53,400 bases of DNA from Opitutales bacterium (lineage in GTDB: Bacteria > Verrucomicrobiota > Verrucomicrobiia > Opitutales > UBA953): contig JBILXR010000001.1 in assembly GCA_044378215.1 (NCBI GenBank), positions 1 through 53,400 on the forward strand, given 5' to 3'. The position numbers were made by a program, and so were the translations under genes. The notes under the pieces are model-generated. The model saw only the letters and a list, made by a program, of their open reading frames with translations. It did no database searches and was not told the DNA's origin. Shown in pieces: positions 28,466 to 37,632 of the stretch (position 1 is the stretch's first letter; every line of letters begins with the position of its first letter).

Positions 28466-29227
28466 ATGAAGCACCTGCCCCTGCTCCTCCTCGCCGCCAC
28501 GCTCGGCTTCGCCGCCGAAGAAGCCCCCCGCCCTCCGTTCCGCCCCGACGGCCCCGGCCCGGAAGGTCGCCCTAACCCGCGCCTGCCTATCCCACTCAGC
28601 CCCGACGAACAGAAGCGCCTGCATGAAGCCATGGAGAAGGCCAAGCAGGACCCTGCGGTGAAGGAAGCCCATGAGCAGGCCGCCAAGGCCCAGCAAGCCG
28701 CCATGGAAGCCCAGAAGAAAGCCCGCGAGCTCACCGACGAAGCCGCCCGTAAGGCCGACCCGGATGTCGCCCCGATCCTGGAGAAAATCAAGAAGGCCAT
28801 GGAACGCCGCCAGCCCGATCAGCCAGATCGGCAGCCGCAGGTGCAGCCTCGCGGCGAGCCGCCGCGCCGTCCCGAAGGCCAGCCCAACCAGCCCGGCCGC
28901 GACCGTGGCCCGAATCAGCCGAACGGCGATCGCCCTCGCGGCGACGTCCGTGAACCCGGTCCCGACCGTCCTGGCGTGATCCCCGGACTCTCTCCTGACG
29001 AACAGCGCCGCGTCCGCGAAGCCATGGCCAAGGCCAACGAAAACCAGGCAGTCCGGGCCGCCCGTGAAGCCGCCAACGCGGCCCAGCGCCAGGCGATCGA
29101 AATCGCCGAGGACGTCGCCCGCCAGGCCGACCCTTCGATTGCTCCGCTCTTGGAGAAAATGCGCAAGGCCGGCGAACCGCGCCGCCCGCAGGGCGAAAAC
29201 CCGCGCAGCCGCAAGCAGGCCGAATAA
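28466..29227 (+). CDS. Secreted repeat protein with two LSPDEQ-initiated helical repeats (Spy/CpxP-like?)
   Basis: Signal peptide MKHLPLLLLAATLGFA. Two units of about 70 aa start at 28595 and 28988, separated by Pro/Arg/Gly-rich linkers. Confidence 0.7.
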   Translation: MKHLPLLLLAATLGFAAEEAPRPPFRPDGPGPEGRPNPRLPIPLSPDEQKRLHEAMEKAKQDPAVKEAHEQAAKAQQAAMEAQKKARELTDEAARKADPDVAPILEKIKKAMERRQPDQPDRQPQVQPRGEPPRRPEGQPNQPGRDRGPNQPNGDRPRGDVREPGPDRPGVIPGLSPDEQRRVREAMAKANENQAVRAAREAANAAQRQAIEIAEDVARQADPSIAPLLEKMRKAGEPRRPQGENPRSRKQAE

Positions 29228-29248
29228 GCACGGATTCATCCGTAACGC

Positions 29249-29277
29249 AGGCCGACCGCGACGTCGGCCTTTTTATT
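29249..29277 (+). terminator. Rho-independent terminator
   Basis: AGGCCGAC (29249-29256) / GTCGGCCT (29263-29270) stem followed by TTTTTATTT, 22 nt after the stop at 29227. Confidence 0.75.
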
Positions 29278-29311
29278 TCCATTATCAGAAGCGGGGGCTC
29301 ATATTGAACCC

Positions 29312-31408
29312 ATGCGCCTCCCCACGCTTGTCCTCGCGGCCCTCGGCACCCTGACGATGGTCCAAGCAGAAGACTCCCGGCTCGGCCCGCTCAAGGACCT
29401 CAACGGCTACTTCCCCTTCACGGCACCGAAGTCCGTCCAGGCATGGGAGCCGCGGCGCGAACTCGTCCGCCGTCAGCTGCTGGTCTCGCAAGGCCTCTGG
29501 CCGATGCCGACCAAGACGCCGCTCAACGCGGTCGTCCACGGGAAGATCGACCAAGGCGAGTATACGATCGAAAAAGCCTACTTCGAAAGCACCCCGGGTT
29601 TCTTCGTGACGGGCAACCTGTATCGCCCGAAGAACGTGACGGGCAAGGCGCCGGCGGTGATCTTCCCGCATGGCCACTGGAAAGACGCTCGCTTCCTGAT
29701 CCAGCCGGACAAATACGTGCGCGAGGAGATCGCCACCGGCCAGGAACGTTTCGTCGAAGGCGGCAAGTCGCGCTTCCAGTCGATGTGCGTGCAGCTCGCC
29801 CGCATGGGCTGCGTGGTCTGGCAGATCGACGCGCTGAGCGACTCCGATTCGGTCCAGTTCTCACCTGAGGTCATCCATAAGTTCGCCAAGCAACGGCCGG
29901 AGATGAACCGCGCCGAAGGCTGGGGGCTCTTCAGCCCACAGGCGGAAGCCAACCTCCAGAGCGTGATGGGCCTGCAGACGCTCAACCTCGTCCGGAGCGT
30001 CGACTTCTTGCTCGGCCTGCCCGACGTCGACCCCTCCCGCCTCGCCATCACGGGCTCCAGCGGCGGCGGCACGCAGACGATGCTCCTGGCCGCGGCGGAT
30101 CCTCGCGTGGCCCTCTCCTACCCCGTCGTGATGGTCAGCACCGCGATGCAAGGCGGCTGCACCTGCGAGAACGCGACCTTGCTCCGCGTGAACTCGGGCA
30201 ACGTCGAGATCGCCGCGCTCTTCGCCCCGAAGCCCCAGGGCATGAACACGGCCAACGACTGGACAAAGGAACTCGCGACCAAGGGCTTCCCAGACCTGCA
30301 GGACCTCTACGGGCTCTACGGCAGGAGATACTTCGTCACGCTCCAGCGAGGCGAGCACTTCCCGCACAACTACAACGCAGTGACGCGCTCGGGCTTCTAC
30401 GCCCTGCTGAACAAGCACTTCAAGCTGGGCTTCGAGGCCCCGATCATCGAACGCGACTATGCGCCCCTGCCCAAGGAGAAGCTGACGGTCTGGGACGACG
30501 CCCATCCGGCGCCGAAGGCCGGCGACCCCGAATTCGAACGCAACCTGCTCAAGTGGCTGAAGAACGACGCCCAGCAACAGCTGCTCGCCGCGGCGAAGAC
30601 CACCGAAGGTCGTGAGCAGATCCTGCGTCCGGCCGTCGAAGCCCTCATCGGCCGATCCTACGCCCAGGCCGGATCCATCTCCTTCCCCGACGCGAGCACC
30701 CAATGGCGCGACTCCCACTTCCGCACCCAAGGCCGCCTGCTCAACGCCACCTATGGAGAAGAAGTCGCCATCGACTGGCTCCAGCCGATCAAGCCGACGG
30801 GCGAAGTGGTCATCTGGCTGGATGACGCCGGCAAAGGCTCCGCCCGCCTGCCCGACGGCACGATCCGCCCCGAACTGCAGGAACTCATCGACCGCGGCAT
30901 CGGCGTGCTCACGGCCGACCTCTTCCTCCAGGACGACAAGAAGCTGAAGCAGACCCGCGTCGTCGCCGGCCCCCGCGAAGTCCCGGCCTATACCTTGGGC
31001 TATAACCACGCGCTCTTCGCCCAGCGCGTACATGACGTCATGACCATCACGAGCTACCTGCTCATGCCGCGCGACGCTTCCCAGCCGCCGATCAAGAAAG
31101 TCTCGCTCGCCGGCTTCGGCCAGATGGGCGTCGTCGCCGCCGCCGCCCGCGCCGTGACCGGCAAAGCCATCGCCAAAGCCGCCGTCGATACGGGCGGCTT
31201 CCGTTTCGGTCAGCTGCTCGACTATCGCCATCCGATGTTCCTCCCCGGCGGCGCCAAATACCTGGACGTTCCGGGGCTGCTCTGCGTCGCCTCGGTGCAA
31301 CCGCTCTGGGTCGCCGGCGAGCAAGACCACACGCTCTTCCGCTCCGCCACGAAGCACCTCGACGGCACCGACGCGAAGACCGCCGCCGCCGCGTGGCTCC
31401 TCCGATGA
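29312..31408 (+). CDS. Secreted alpha/beta hydrolase (acetyl-xylan-esterase-like N-terminal domain plus a C-terminal extension of about 350 aa)
   Basis: Signal peptide MRLPTLVLAALGTLTMVQA. Nucleophile elbow ITGSSGGG. Confidence 0.7.
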   Translation: MRLPTLVLAALGTLTMVQAEDSRLGPLKDLNGYFPFTAPKSVQAWEPRRELVRRQLLVSQGLWPMPTKTPLNAVVHGKIDQGEYTIEKAYFESTPGFFVTGNLYRPKNVTGKAPAVIFPHGHWKDARFLIQPDKYVREEIATGQERFVEGGKSRFQSMCVQLARMGCVVWQIDALSDSDSVQFSPEVIHKFAKQRPEMNRAEGWGLFSPQAEANLQSVMGLQTLNLVRSVDFLLGLPDVDPSRLAITGSSGGGTQTMLLAAADPRVALSYPVVMVSTAMQGGCTCENATLLRVNSGNVEIAALFAPKPQGMNTANDWTKELATKGFPDLQDLYGLYGRRYFVTLQRGEHFPHNYNAVTRSGFYALLNKHFKLGFEAPIIERDYAPLPKEKLTVWDDAHPAPKAGDPEFERNLLKWLKNDAQQQLLAAAKTTEGREQILRPAVEALIGRSYAQAGSISFPDASTQWRDSHFRTQGRLLNATYGEEVAIDWLQPIKPTGEVVIWLDDAGKGSARLPDGTIRPELQELIDRGIGVLTADLFLQDDKKLKQTRVVAGPREVPAYTLGYNHALFAQRVHDVMTITSYLLMPRDASQPPIKKVSLAGFGQMGVVAAAARAVTGKAIAKAAVDTGGFRFGQLLDYRHPMFLPGGAKYLDVPGLLCVASVQPLWVAGEQDHTLFRSATKHLDGTDAKTAAAAWLLR

Positions 31409-32517
31409 TCCACCGTCGCACCCTCCTCACCGGCCTGGCCTTAGCCCCGTTCGCTGGCCTGCTCGCCGCCGAAAATAAGGAACGCCTCCGCGTCGCCCAG
31501 ATTGGCACCTCGCACGCCCACGCCGCAGGCAAGATGGACGCGCTCCGCTCCTTGCCCGACCTTTACGACGTCGTCGGCTTCGCCGAGCCCATCGCCTCCC
31601 GCCAGGCCGGCGCGCAGAAGGCGAAGTCCTTCGCCGGACTGAAATACCTGACGGAAGCGGAGATTCTCGCCGACCCGTCCATCCGCGTGGTCGTCATCGA
31701 GACGACCCTCGAAGATTCCGCGCGGGCGGCCTTCGCCGCGCTCAAAGCCGGCAAGCACATCCATCTGGACAAGCCGGGCGCCGAAAAACATGCCGACTTC
31801 GTGGCGCTCCGTCGCTACGCCGCCGAAAAAGGCCTGACCGTCCAGATGGGCTACATGCTGCGCTACAACCCCGGCATCCAGCTGCTGTTCCGCGCGGTCA
31901 AGGAAGGCTGGCTCGGGGACGTCATGGAAATCGACGCCTCGATGGGCAAGCTGCTCGATGAAGCCGGACGCAAGCGCTTCGCCCAGATTCCTGGAGGCGG
32001 AATGTATGAGCTCGCCTGCCATCTCGTGGACACCGTGGTGACACTGATGGGCCCGCCACTCTCGGTACAAGCCTTCGGCAACGCCACCCGCGCGCCGCAG
32101 GACCCCTTCGTCGACAACCAGCTCGCGGTCCTCACCTACCCCAAGGCGACCGTGACGATCCGCTGCAACCATGCCGACCCGTTCGGCGGACCAAATCGCA
32201 CCCTCACCGTCCGCGGCACCAAGGGCGACATGGAGATCCGTCCGCTCGAATCTGGCAAAGGCGTCCTACGCCTCGACGAACCACGCGATACGTCGAAGGT
32301 CTGCAGACAAGTCGGCGATAAAATGGTCATGTTCGCCGAGCCACGCTTCAAGAAGGGCGAAAACACCTTCGCACGGGATGTCCCCAAAGGCCGCTACGAC
32401 GAGGAATTCCGCGACCTGCACCGTGTGCTCGTCAACGGCGCCCCGTTCGCGTGGTCGGCCGATCACGACATCAGCGTCCACGCCGCGGCATTGCGTGCCG
32501 CGGGCCTGACGCCTTGA
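31405..32517 (+). CDS. Gfo/Idh/MocA-family oxidoreductase with TAT-like signal
   Basis: ATGA overlap with the upstream stop. MIHRRTLLTGLALAPFAG is twin-arginine-like. LRVAQIGTSHAHA is a Rossmann start. Confidence 0.75.
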   Translation: MIHRRTLLTGLALAPFAGLLAAENKERLRVAQIGTSHAHAAGKMDALRSLPDLYDVVGFAEPIASRQAGAQKAKSFAGLKYLTEAEILADPSIRVVVIETTLEDSARAAFAALKAGKHIHLDKPGAEKHADFVALRRYAAEKGLTVQMGYMLRYNPGIQLLFRAVKEGWLGDVMEIDASMGKLLDEAGRKRFAQIPGGGMYELACHLVDTVVTLMGPPLSVQAFGNATRAPQDPFVDNQLAVLTYPKATVTIRCNHADPFGGPNRTLTVRGTKGDMEIRPLESGKGVLRLDEPRDTSKVCRQVGDKMVMFAEPRFKKGENTFARDVPKGRYDEEFRDLHRVLVNGAPFAWSADHDISVHAAALRAAGLTP

Positions 32518-32521
32518 TCGC

Positions 32522-32690
32522 CTATTTCAGTACCTGAGCGGCGTAACCCTGCATGAGCTTGGCCTGGGCCTCGTCCAACTTGCCCATCCACTTCGGGGCC
32601 GGCGCCTTCTCGTCGTAGACCTTGCCGAAGAAGATCAGCGCATTGAGGTAGGTCCCGGCGAATTCGGGGTACGAATTATCCCCTGGAAAA
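32522..32690 (-). pseudogene. Remnant (C-terminal ~52 codons) of an SGNH-like gene paralogous to 35082-35843
   Basis: About 88% nucleotide identity without indels between 32521-32670 and 35081-35230. In-frame translation ..YPEFAGTYLNALIFFGKVYDEKAPAPKWMGKLDEAQAKLMQGYAAQVLK* ends at TAG (32522-32524). No start codon or N-terminal part is present. Confidence 0.8.
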
Positions 32691-32921
32691 AAAGGGGAAG
32701 TCAGGCCCTGCCCAACCTGCCCGGGTGATAAAACATGATAAAATCAGAGGATTCACCATCAGCGAGTCCCCGTGGCGGACTGACGCCTTCGCCCGGGATC
32801 GGTTCGATTCGCGTTTCGCGAATAGTAATAAAAAAATACCTGTATGTTATAAAAATTAAATTTCGCTATTCTTATATTGCAGGCAACTAGGCCTGTCTTA
32901 AAAAAGCGTGACTTTGTATCC

Positions 32922-34970
32922 ATGAAACCCCTATCTCTGGTCGCGCTCATCAGCGCCTCCGCGCTCTCAGCCAGTGATATCACGCCCCCGGGCCTGTCGA
33001 TCGACGGGGTGCCCTATTCGGGCAACACGGCCCATCCCGATTTCAACCAAGAGCCTGCGGGGGGATACCTCCGGGGCGCGATCCCCGCAGGCCTCGAAGA
33101 CCTGCAGACCTTCGATCTCGGGACCTTGGTGGTCGCCGACAAGACCAGGATCATCGTCGATCCCACCGGCCCGGACATTTTCTTGCCGGAGCCCACTTTC
33201 TTCGGCACCCATGTCTCAGACGACTGGCGGGCCACGCTCGGATACGACCAAGTGAGCGGAAACTGGCAGCTGCGGTTTAGCGATTCCGACCTCATTCGCA
33301 CCCTGCCGATGGTGGCCGCCTCGGACTTTGCCTACCGCTTCCCCGAGGATACGCTGTTCCCCGCGGTGATGGTTGACCTCCTCGCCAACGGGCTTTCCGC
33401 GGATGGATCGACGGTCATCGCCAACGGTAACGGGGCAAGTTTCCGCTACCGAGGCGACGAGCGAGACCGGCTCGAACACCTGGCCCACGGATGGAGATCG
33501 GGGTACGACAACACCTGGGCGGTGCAGCAGAGCCGTAACGGTGACACCGTCGTCGGGCAGGCGCGGCGCGCCGACACCGGACGCTGGCAGGCAGCCCGCT
33601 GGGACGCCTCCGGACAGCTGACCATCCTCAACCCCCGCGACCTCGCGAACAACAGCGTGGCCAGACTCGTCACACCCGACGGCACGGTGATCGCGGGTGA
33701 CGTCGCCGCCGACGTCGGACAGAACCGGGCCGGCATCGTGCCGTTCATCTGGAGCGAGGCCAAGGGCTTCCTCCAGCTCGGCGACCCCGACGCCTCCGAC
33801 GACCAAATCCTCGTCCAGTCCCTCTCGGCCGACGGCCTCATGCTTGGAGGTATCCACTCCTCGTCCGACGGCTCGCTCAACCATTGGACCTGGACCGAGG
33901 ACGGCGGCTTCCAAAACATCGAACTCATCGTATGCGACTTCAGCGGCGGACCTGTCGAGGATTACTCCCTGACCGGCGTCGACCTCGAGCGCGGCATATA
34001 CATGGGCACCTTCGCCGATGGGCGGCGCTTCCTCAATATGAGCAACCAGACCGTCGTGATCGAGGATTGGATCAGCACGCTGGCCGGTCCGGCCGCCACC
34101 TACCGTGCCGCGACCGCCGTCTCGCGGCAGACGATGGAAGGCGCCCACCACCGCCCGATCAAGCAGCTCGTCATCCCCGGACAGGAATCCTTCGCCTGGG
34201 CCACGGGCGACTTCGGCAAGGCGACCCGCCAGCGTGACGCGGTCCAGAGCGCCGGAGAGTTCGGCTACGGCATGCTCCTCGGCGGGGGCTCGGTGCTCGG
34301 GCTGGCCGCCGGCTACTCCAAACTCGACCAGAAATTCAGCTCCCTGGGTAACGGCGGGGGCGCCGGTACGACCGAAGCGACGTTCCTCGTCGCTGACCTC
34401 GGATTCTCGGCCGGCGCCGGTGAGGTCACCCTGACCGGGCTCCTGTCACGCAGCAACATCGATACGTCACGCGACGCCTATGTCGGCTCAACCAACGGGC
34501 AATCCTACAGCGCCCGGGCTCGCTACGACCGCCCCATCGGCGTCCTCTCCGGCGTTCCGTTTGGCGCGTTCGTCTCGCTGACGTACGACCACGCCAGCAT
34601 CGACGCCTACGCCGAGACCGGCGGACTCGGCGCGGCCTCCTTTGAAGCGCAGAGTAACGACAGCTGGATCGGCCGCGTCGGCCTGACCGGCAGGTTCTCC
34701 TTCGACGAAGCCACGAGCCTCGGCGTCACCGTCGAAGCCGTCCGCATGCTCAGCGAGAACCGCGATGATTTCAGCGGCACCGACCTCGCCACCGGCGTCC
34801 TTGACTTCACGATGCCTGACCTACGCAGCAAACGCACCTGGGGCCGCCTCGGGTTCGACCTCGACCACCGACTCGACCCGTCCACGGTCCTCAGCCTCAC
34901 GCTGCACGCCTCGACCGAAGGCGACGCCTTCGACACCGCCGCCGCCCTCAGTATCCGCAAGGGATTCTGA
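32922..34970 (+). CDS. Autotransporter outer-membrane protein with a repeat-containing passenger (HAF-like repeats)
   Basis: Signal peptide MKPLSLVALISASALSA at the internal ATG 32922. A C-terminal region of about 270 aa has alternating beta-strand patterns and ends ...AAALSIRKGF with a terminal Phe. The passenger carries repeated DG(T/S)V(I/V)(A/V)G-type units. Confidence 0.75.
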   Translation: MKPLSLVALISASALSASDITPPGLSIDGVPYSGNTAHPDFNQEPAGGYLRGAIPAGLEDLQTFDLGTLVVADKTRIIVDPTGPDIFLPEPTFFGTHVSDDWRATLGYDQVSGNWQLRFSDSDLIRTLPMVAASDFAYRFPEDTLFPAVMVDLLANGLSADGSTVIANGNGASFRYRGDERDRLEHLAHGWRSGYDNTWAVQQSRNGDTVVGQARRADTGRWQAARWDASGQLTILNPRDLANNSVARLVTPDGTVIAGDVAADVGQNRAGIVPFIWSEAKGFLQLGDPDASDDQILVQSLSADGLMLGGIHSSSDGSLNHWTWTEDGGFQNIELIVCDFSGGPVEDYSLTGVDLERGIYMGTFADGRRFLNMSNQTVVIEDWISTLAGPAATYRAATAVSRQTMEGAHHRPIKQLVIPGQESFAWATGDFGKATRQRDAVQSAGEFGYGMLLGGGSVLGLAAGYSKLDQKFSSLGNGGGAGTTEATFLVADLGFSAGAGEVTLTGLLSRSNIDTSRDAYVGSTNGQSYSARARYDRPIGVLSGVPFGAFVSLTYDHASIDAYAETGGLGAASFEAQSNDSWIGRVGLTGRFSFDEATSLGVTVEAVRMLSENRDDFSGTDLATGVLDFTMPDLRSKRTWGRLGFDLDHRLDPSTVLSLTLHASTEGDAFDTAAALSIRKGF

Positions 34971-35081
34971 ACGCGATTCGGGTTTGTGCGCACGCAGCCT
35001 GGTGACACGGACAAGATGCGGCCCAAGCCTTACGCTGAAGACCCAAGGCGCAACGGAGAGGCGGCGGACCAGGCCTGACGC

Positions 35082-35843
35082 TTACTTCAGCACCTGGGCG
35101 GCGTAGCCTTGCACGAGCTTCGCCTTAGCTTCGTCCAACTTGCCCATCCACTTCGGGGCCGGCTCCTTCTGGTCATAGATCTTCCCGAAGAAGATTAGCG
35201 CATTGAGGTAGGTCCCGGCGAATTCCGGGTGGGAATGGTCCTTGGTATGCAGTCGGAGCGGCTGGGAAGAGCCGTAATTCAGCTCCCAAGCGTCCCCGCA
35301 GGGGACGACGATCGCACCGTTATGCTTGGCGACGACGCCGTACCATTTACGCAGCCGCGCCTGCATCTCCTTCGGGTCGGCGCCGACATCAGTGAACTTC
35401 TTGGGCTGGCTCCAATAATCAGCATGCCGGGCCCACGTTTGGTAGAAGAAAATCCTGGCCTGAGGACTCTTGGCGCGGACGCGTGCGCAGAGCGCCGTGG
35501 CGCTCCCGAGGAAATCCTTCCGGACGGACTCATCTTTCTCCGCGATGGCCGGCTCCTGGCTCTGGCCTTGAAGCACCACGACGTCCCAACCGCCCTCGTC
35601 GATGAGCGCGAGGCTCCCGGCGATGCCAAGATGCTGTTTCAGGGTACGGCCACCTGGCGTCGAAGACTTCACCACCGGGGCGGACCGGCCGGAGCTCTTC
35701 ACGACTTCCAAGAAGACCTCGGGCAGTTTATTGACGCCGGTATAGCTATTACCGATGAAAAGCACGCGCTGCGGATCAGAGGCGAAGGCAGCCGAGGCGA
35801 GCATCAGCAAGGCTGCCAACCATGATACCGGGGAGGATTTCAT
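35082..35843 (-). CDS. Secreted SGNH-like hydrolase
   Basis: The ATG at 35843 gives the signal peptide MKSSPVSWLAALLMLASAAFA. VLFIGNSYT block I-like motif and a C-terminal DHSHPEFAGTYL block. Confidence 0.7.
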   Translation of the reverse strand: MKSSPVSWLAALLMLASAAFASDPQRVLFIGNSYTGVNKLPEVFLEVVKSSGRSAPVVKSSTPGGRTLKQHLGIAGSLALIDEGGWDVVVLQGQSQEPAIAEKDESVRKDFLGSATALCARVRAKSPQARIFFYQTWARHADYWSQPKKFTDVGADPKEMQARLRKWYGVVAKHNGAIVVPCGDAWELNYGSSQPLRLHTKDHSHPEFAGTYLNALIFFGKIYDQKEPAPKWMGKLDEAKAKLVQGYAAQVLK

Positions 35844-35901
35844 GCTCTGATGATTCGTATTCCGGAATGAGCCTGGCAAGAAGTCATTGGCCGAGGAAGG
35901 G

Positions 35902-37494
35902 TCACTTTTCGCGCAGCCCCCAAACTTTCTCCAATATCGGCACGACGCCGGGGTCCTTGGCCCTGAGCTGCGCCCGGTCGAAGGGCTCCATGTCGTTACG
36001 GTCGAAATAGGCTTCGGTAACCTCGGCGAAATATTCCATCTGATTGGTCATCGCATAGGCCTTGGAGGGCTTCTCCACGAACCTTTCCCCGGTCCAACGC
36101 TTCACCGCGTCGTAAGTCCCGGCGGCCTTGGCCTGCTGAAAGACCCCGAGGATATCCTTGTTCTGATAGCCTCCCGGGATGACCTGGTCGTGATAGGCAT
36201 GAGCGAGCTCATGGAGGACGAGCACCGGCATGCGCCGGATTTCCGGTTCGAAGCGATCGATGTTCGTGAACTCGATCGCCTTGGCCAAGGCGATCTCCCG
36301 CCCGACCTGCTTCACCCAAGCCAGGCCGCCATGATACTCGGCGGTGGGTCGGCGGTCGGGATAAGGCAGCGAGAAATTCAAAGGCACCGAGCGGAGCCGT
36401 TCGACCGCCTTGGCCGGGATGAGCCGCTCCACCTTCGCGAGTTGCGCATCCAGAATGACGACCGCCTTCTCGACGGACGCGGCATCCTTGGCGATCAGAC
36501 GTTCGTCGATCCGCAGGGTCCAGCCGCGGACCTGGCGCACCTGACGATCACGGCCAGCCATCTGCACGGCGGCCTTGCCGAGGGCGTCGCCGACGAGGAA
36601 GTAGGTCTCAGCGTTGCCGAACTCATGATGGCCATGGCCTGGATTCGGCGAGTCCTCGGGCTTGCGCACGAAGGTGCGGGTCGGGACGAACACGACGTTG
36701 TCCTTGAACTCGGGGTATTCCGCCACGTTGGCCTGGGCTTTTCGCAAGGCGGTCCATTCCTTGGGCGCATCGACCCATGGGCCGGTGAGTTCACCGACGA
36801 TGACCGGGAGCTTCGGCGCGCCGAACTCCTTGCGGATATCGCGAATCAGATGGGCGAGGTTCTGCTCGTATTCCGGCACGGCGGTCTTCGGATTCACCCC
36901 GTCGTTCCAACCCTGGTACCAGACGAAACCGGCGAGCTCGACCTCCGCGCCGTCGTAAGCCGGGAAATCTTTCTTCAGATTGGCCAGCGCCTCACGCACC
37001 TCGGCGACCATCTTCGTGAAATAAGGACCGACCTCACCGCCGGCGCTCGGCGGACGGAAATCACGATACAGGCTCTTGCCTCCCCAGGCGGTCTTGATGA
37101 GCAGCACCTGATCGCGGTAGGCCTGGCCGACGACGTGTCCGAACTGATATTCGGGACCGAAGTGATGCTTGCCGCCGTACACGGCATAGCCAACAGAAAG
37201 ACCGCCAGCGAGTAGTGACTGCTTCTCGCGCTGGTAACGTACCCAGACATCCTGACGTACGACCCATTTGTCGTCCTTATCGCGTAGATGGGCATAGCGC
37301 TCGGCGTTGCCCGGGCGGGCCATCACCTCTACCAAAGTTCCCTTCCCTTCGTTGTAATCGCGTCCGGTCAGGTCGACGACCGACTGACCTTCCATATTGG
37401 ACTGCCCGGCAAGGATGAAGACCTTAAGCTTCCGGGCCGGTTCAGCTGCAAAGCACAAGACGGACCAGCAGAGCAAGATCGGGGCGAATCTCAT
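35902..37494 (-). CDS. Fusion protein: SASA-type carbohydrate esterase domain plus C-terminal HExxH metallopeptidase-like domain
   Basis: The ATG at 37494 gives the signal peptide MRFAPILLCWSVLCFA. AGQSNMEG and WYQGWND are SASA blocks. HELAHAYH (36190-36213) plus the downstream EYFAEVTEAYF make a gluzincin/MtfA-like pattern. Confidence 0.75.
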   Translation of the reverse strand: MRFAPILLCWSVLCFAAEPARKLKVFILAGQSNMEGQSVVDLTGRDYNEGKGTLVEVMARPGNAERYAHLRDKDDKWVVRQDVWVRYQREKQSLLAGGLSVGYAVYGGKHHFGPEYQFGHVVGQAYRDQVLLIKTAWGGKSLYRDFRPPSAGGEVGPYFTKMVAEVREALANLKKDFPAYDGAEVELAGFVWYQGWNDGVNPKTAVPEYEQNLAHLIRDIRKEFGAPKLPVIVGELTGPWVDAPKEWTALRKAQANVAEYPEFKDNVVFVPTRTFVRKPEDSPNPGHGHHEFGNAETYFLVGDALGKAAVQMAGRDRQVRQVRGWTLRIDERLIAKDAASVEKAVVILDAQLAKVERLIPAKAVERLRSVPLNFSLPYPDRRPTAEYHGGLAWVKQVGREIALAKAIEFTNIDRFEPEIRRMPVLVLHELAHAYHDQVIPGGYQNKDILGVFQQAKAAGTYDAVKRWTGERFVEKPSKAYAMTNQMEYFAEVTEAYFDRNDMEPFDRAQLRAKDPGVVPILEKVWGLREK

Positions 37495-37632
37495 CAGCCA
37501 CTTATCCGCCCATCCCCTTCCCCCCGCAAGCCGAACCCCTCTAACAACACCTCCTTGACCCTGACTCGTGGTCAATTCTGCCCTCGATTCAGTCCTCGAT
37601 TCAGCCATCAATTCAGTCCTCCACTCTGCACC

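Noticed and set aside
32759-32983. 74-aa minus-strand ORF in the AT-rich region upstream of the autotransporter.
   Set aside because: It spans the AT-rich putative promoter and overlaps the autotransporter signal-peptide codons. Its codon composition is unlike every credible gene in the window, so it is likely spurious.
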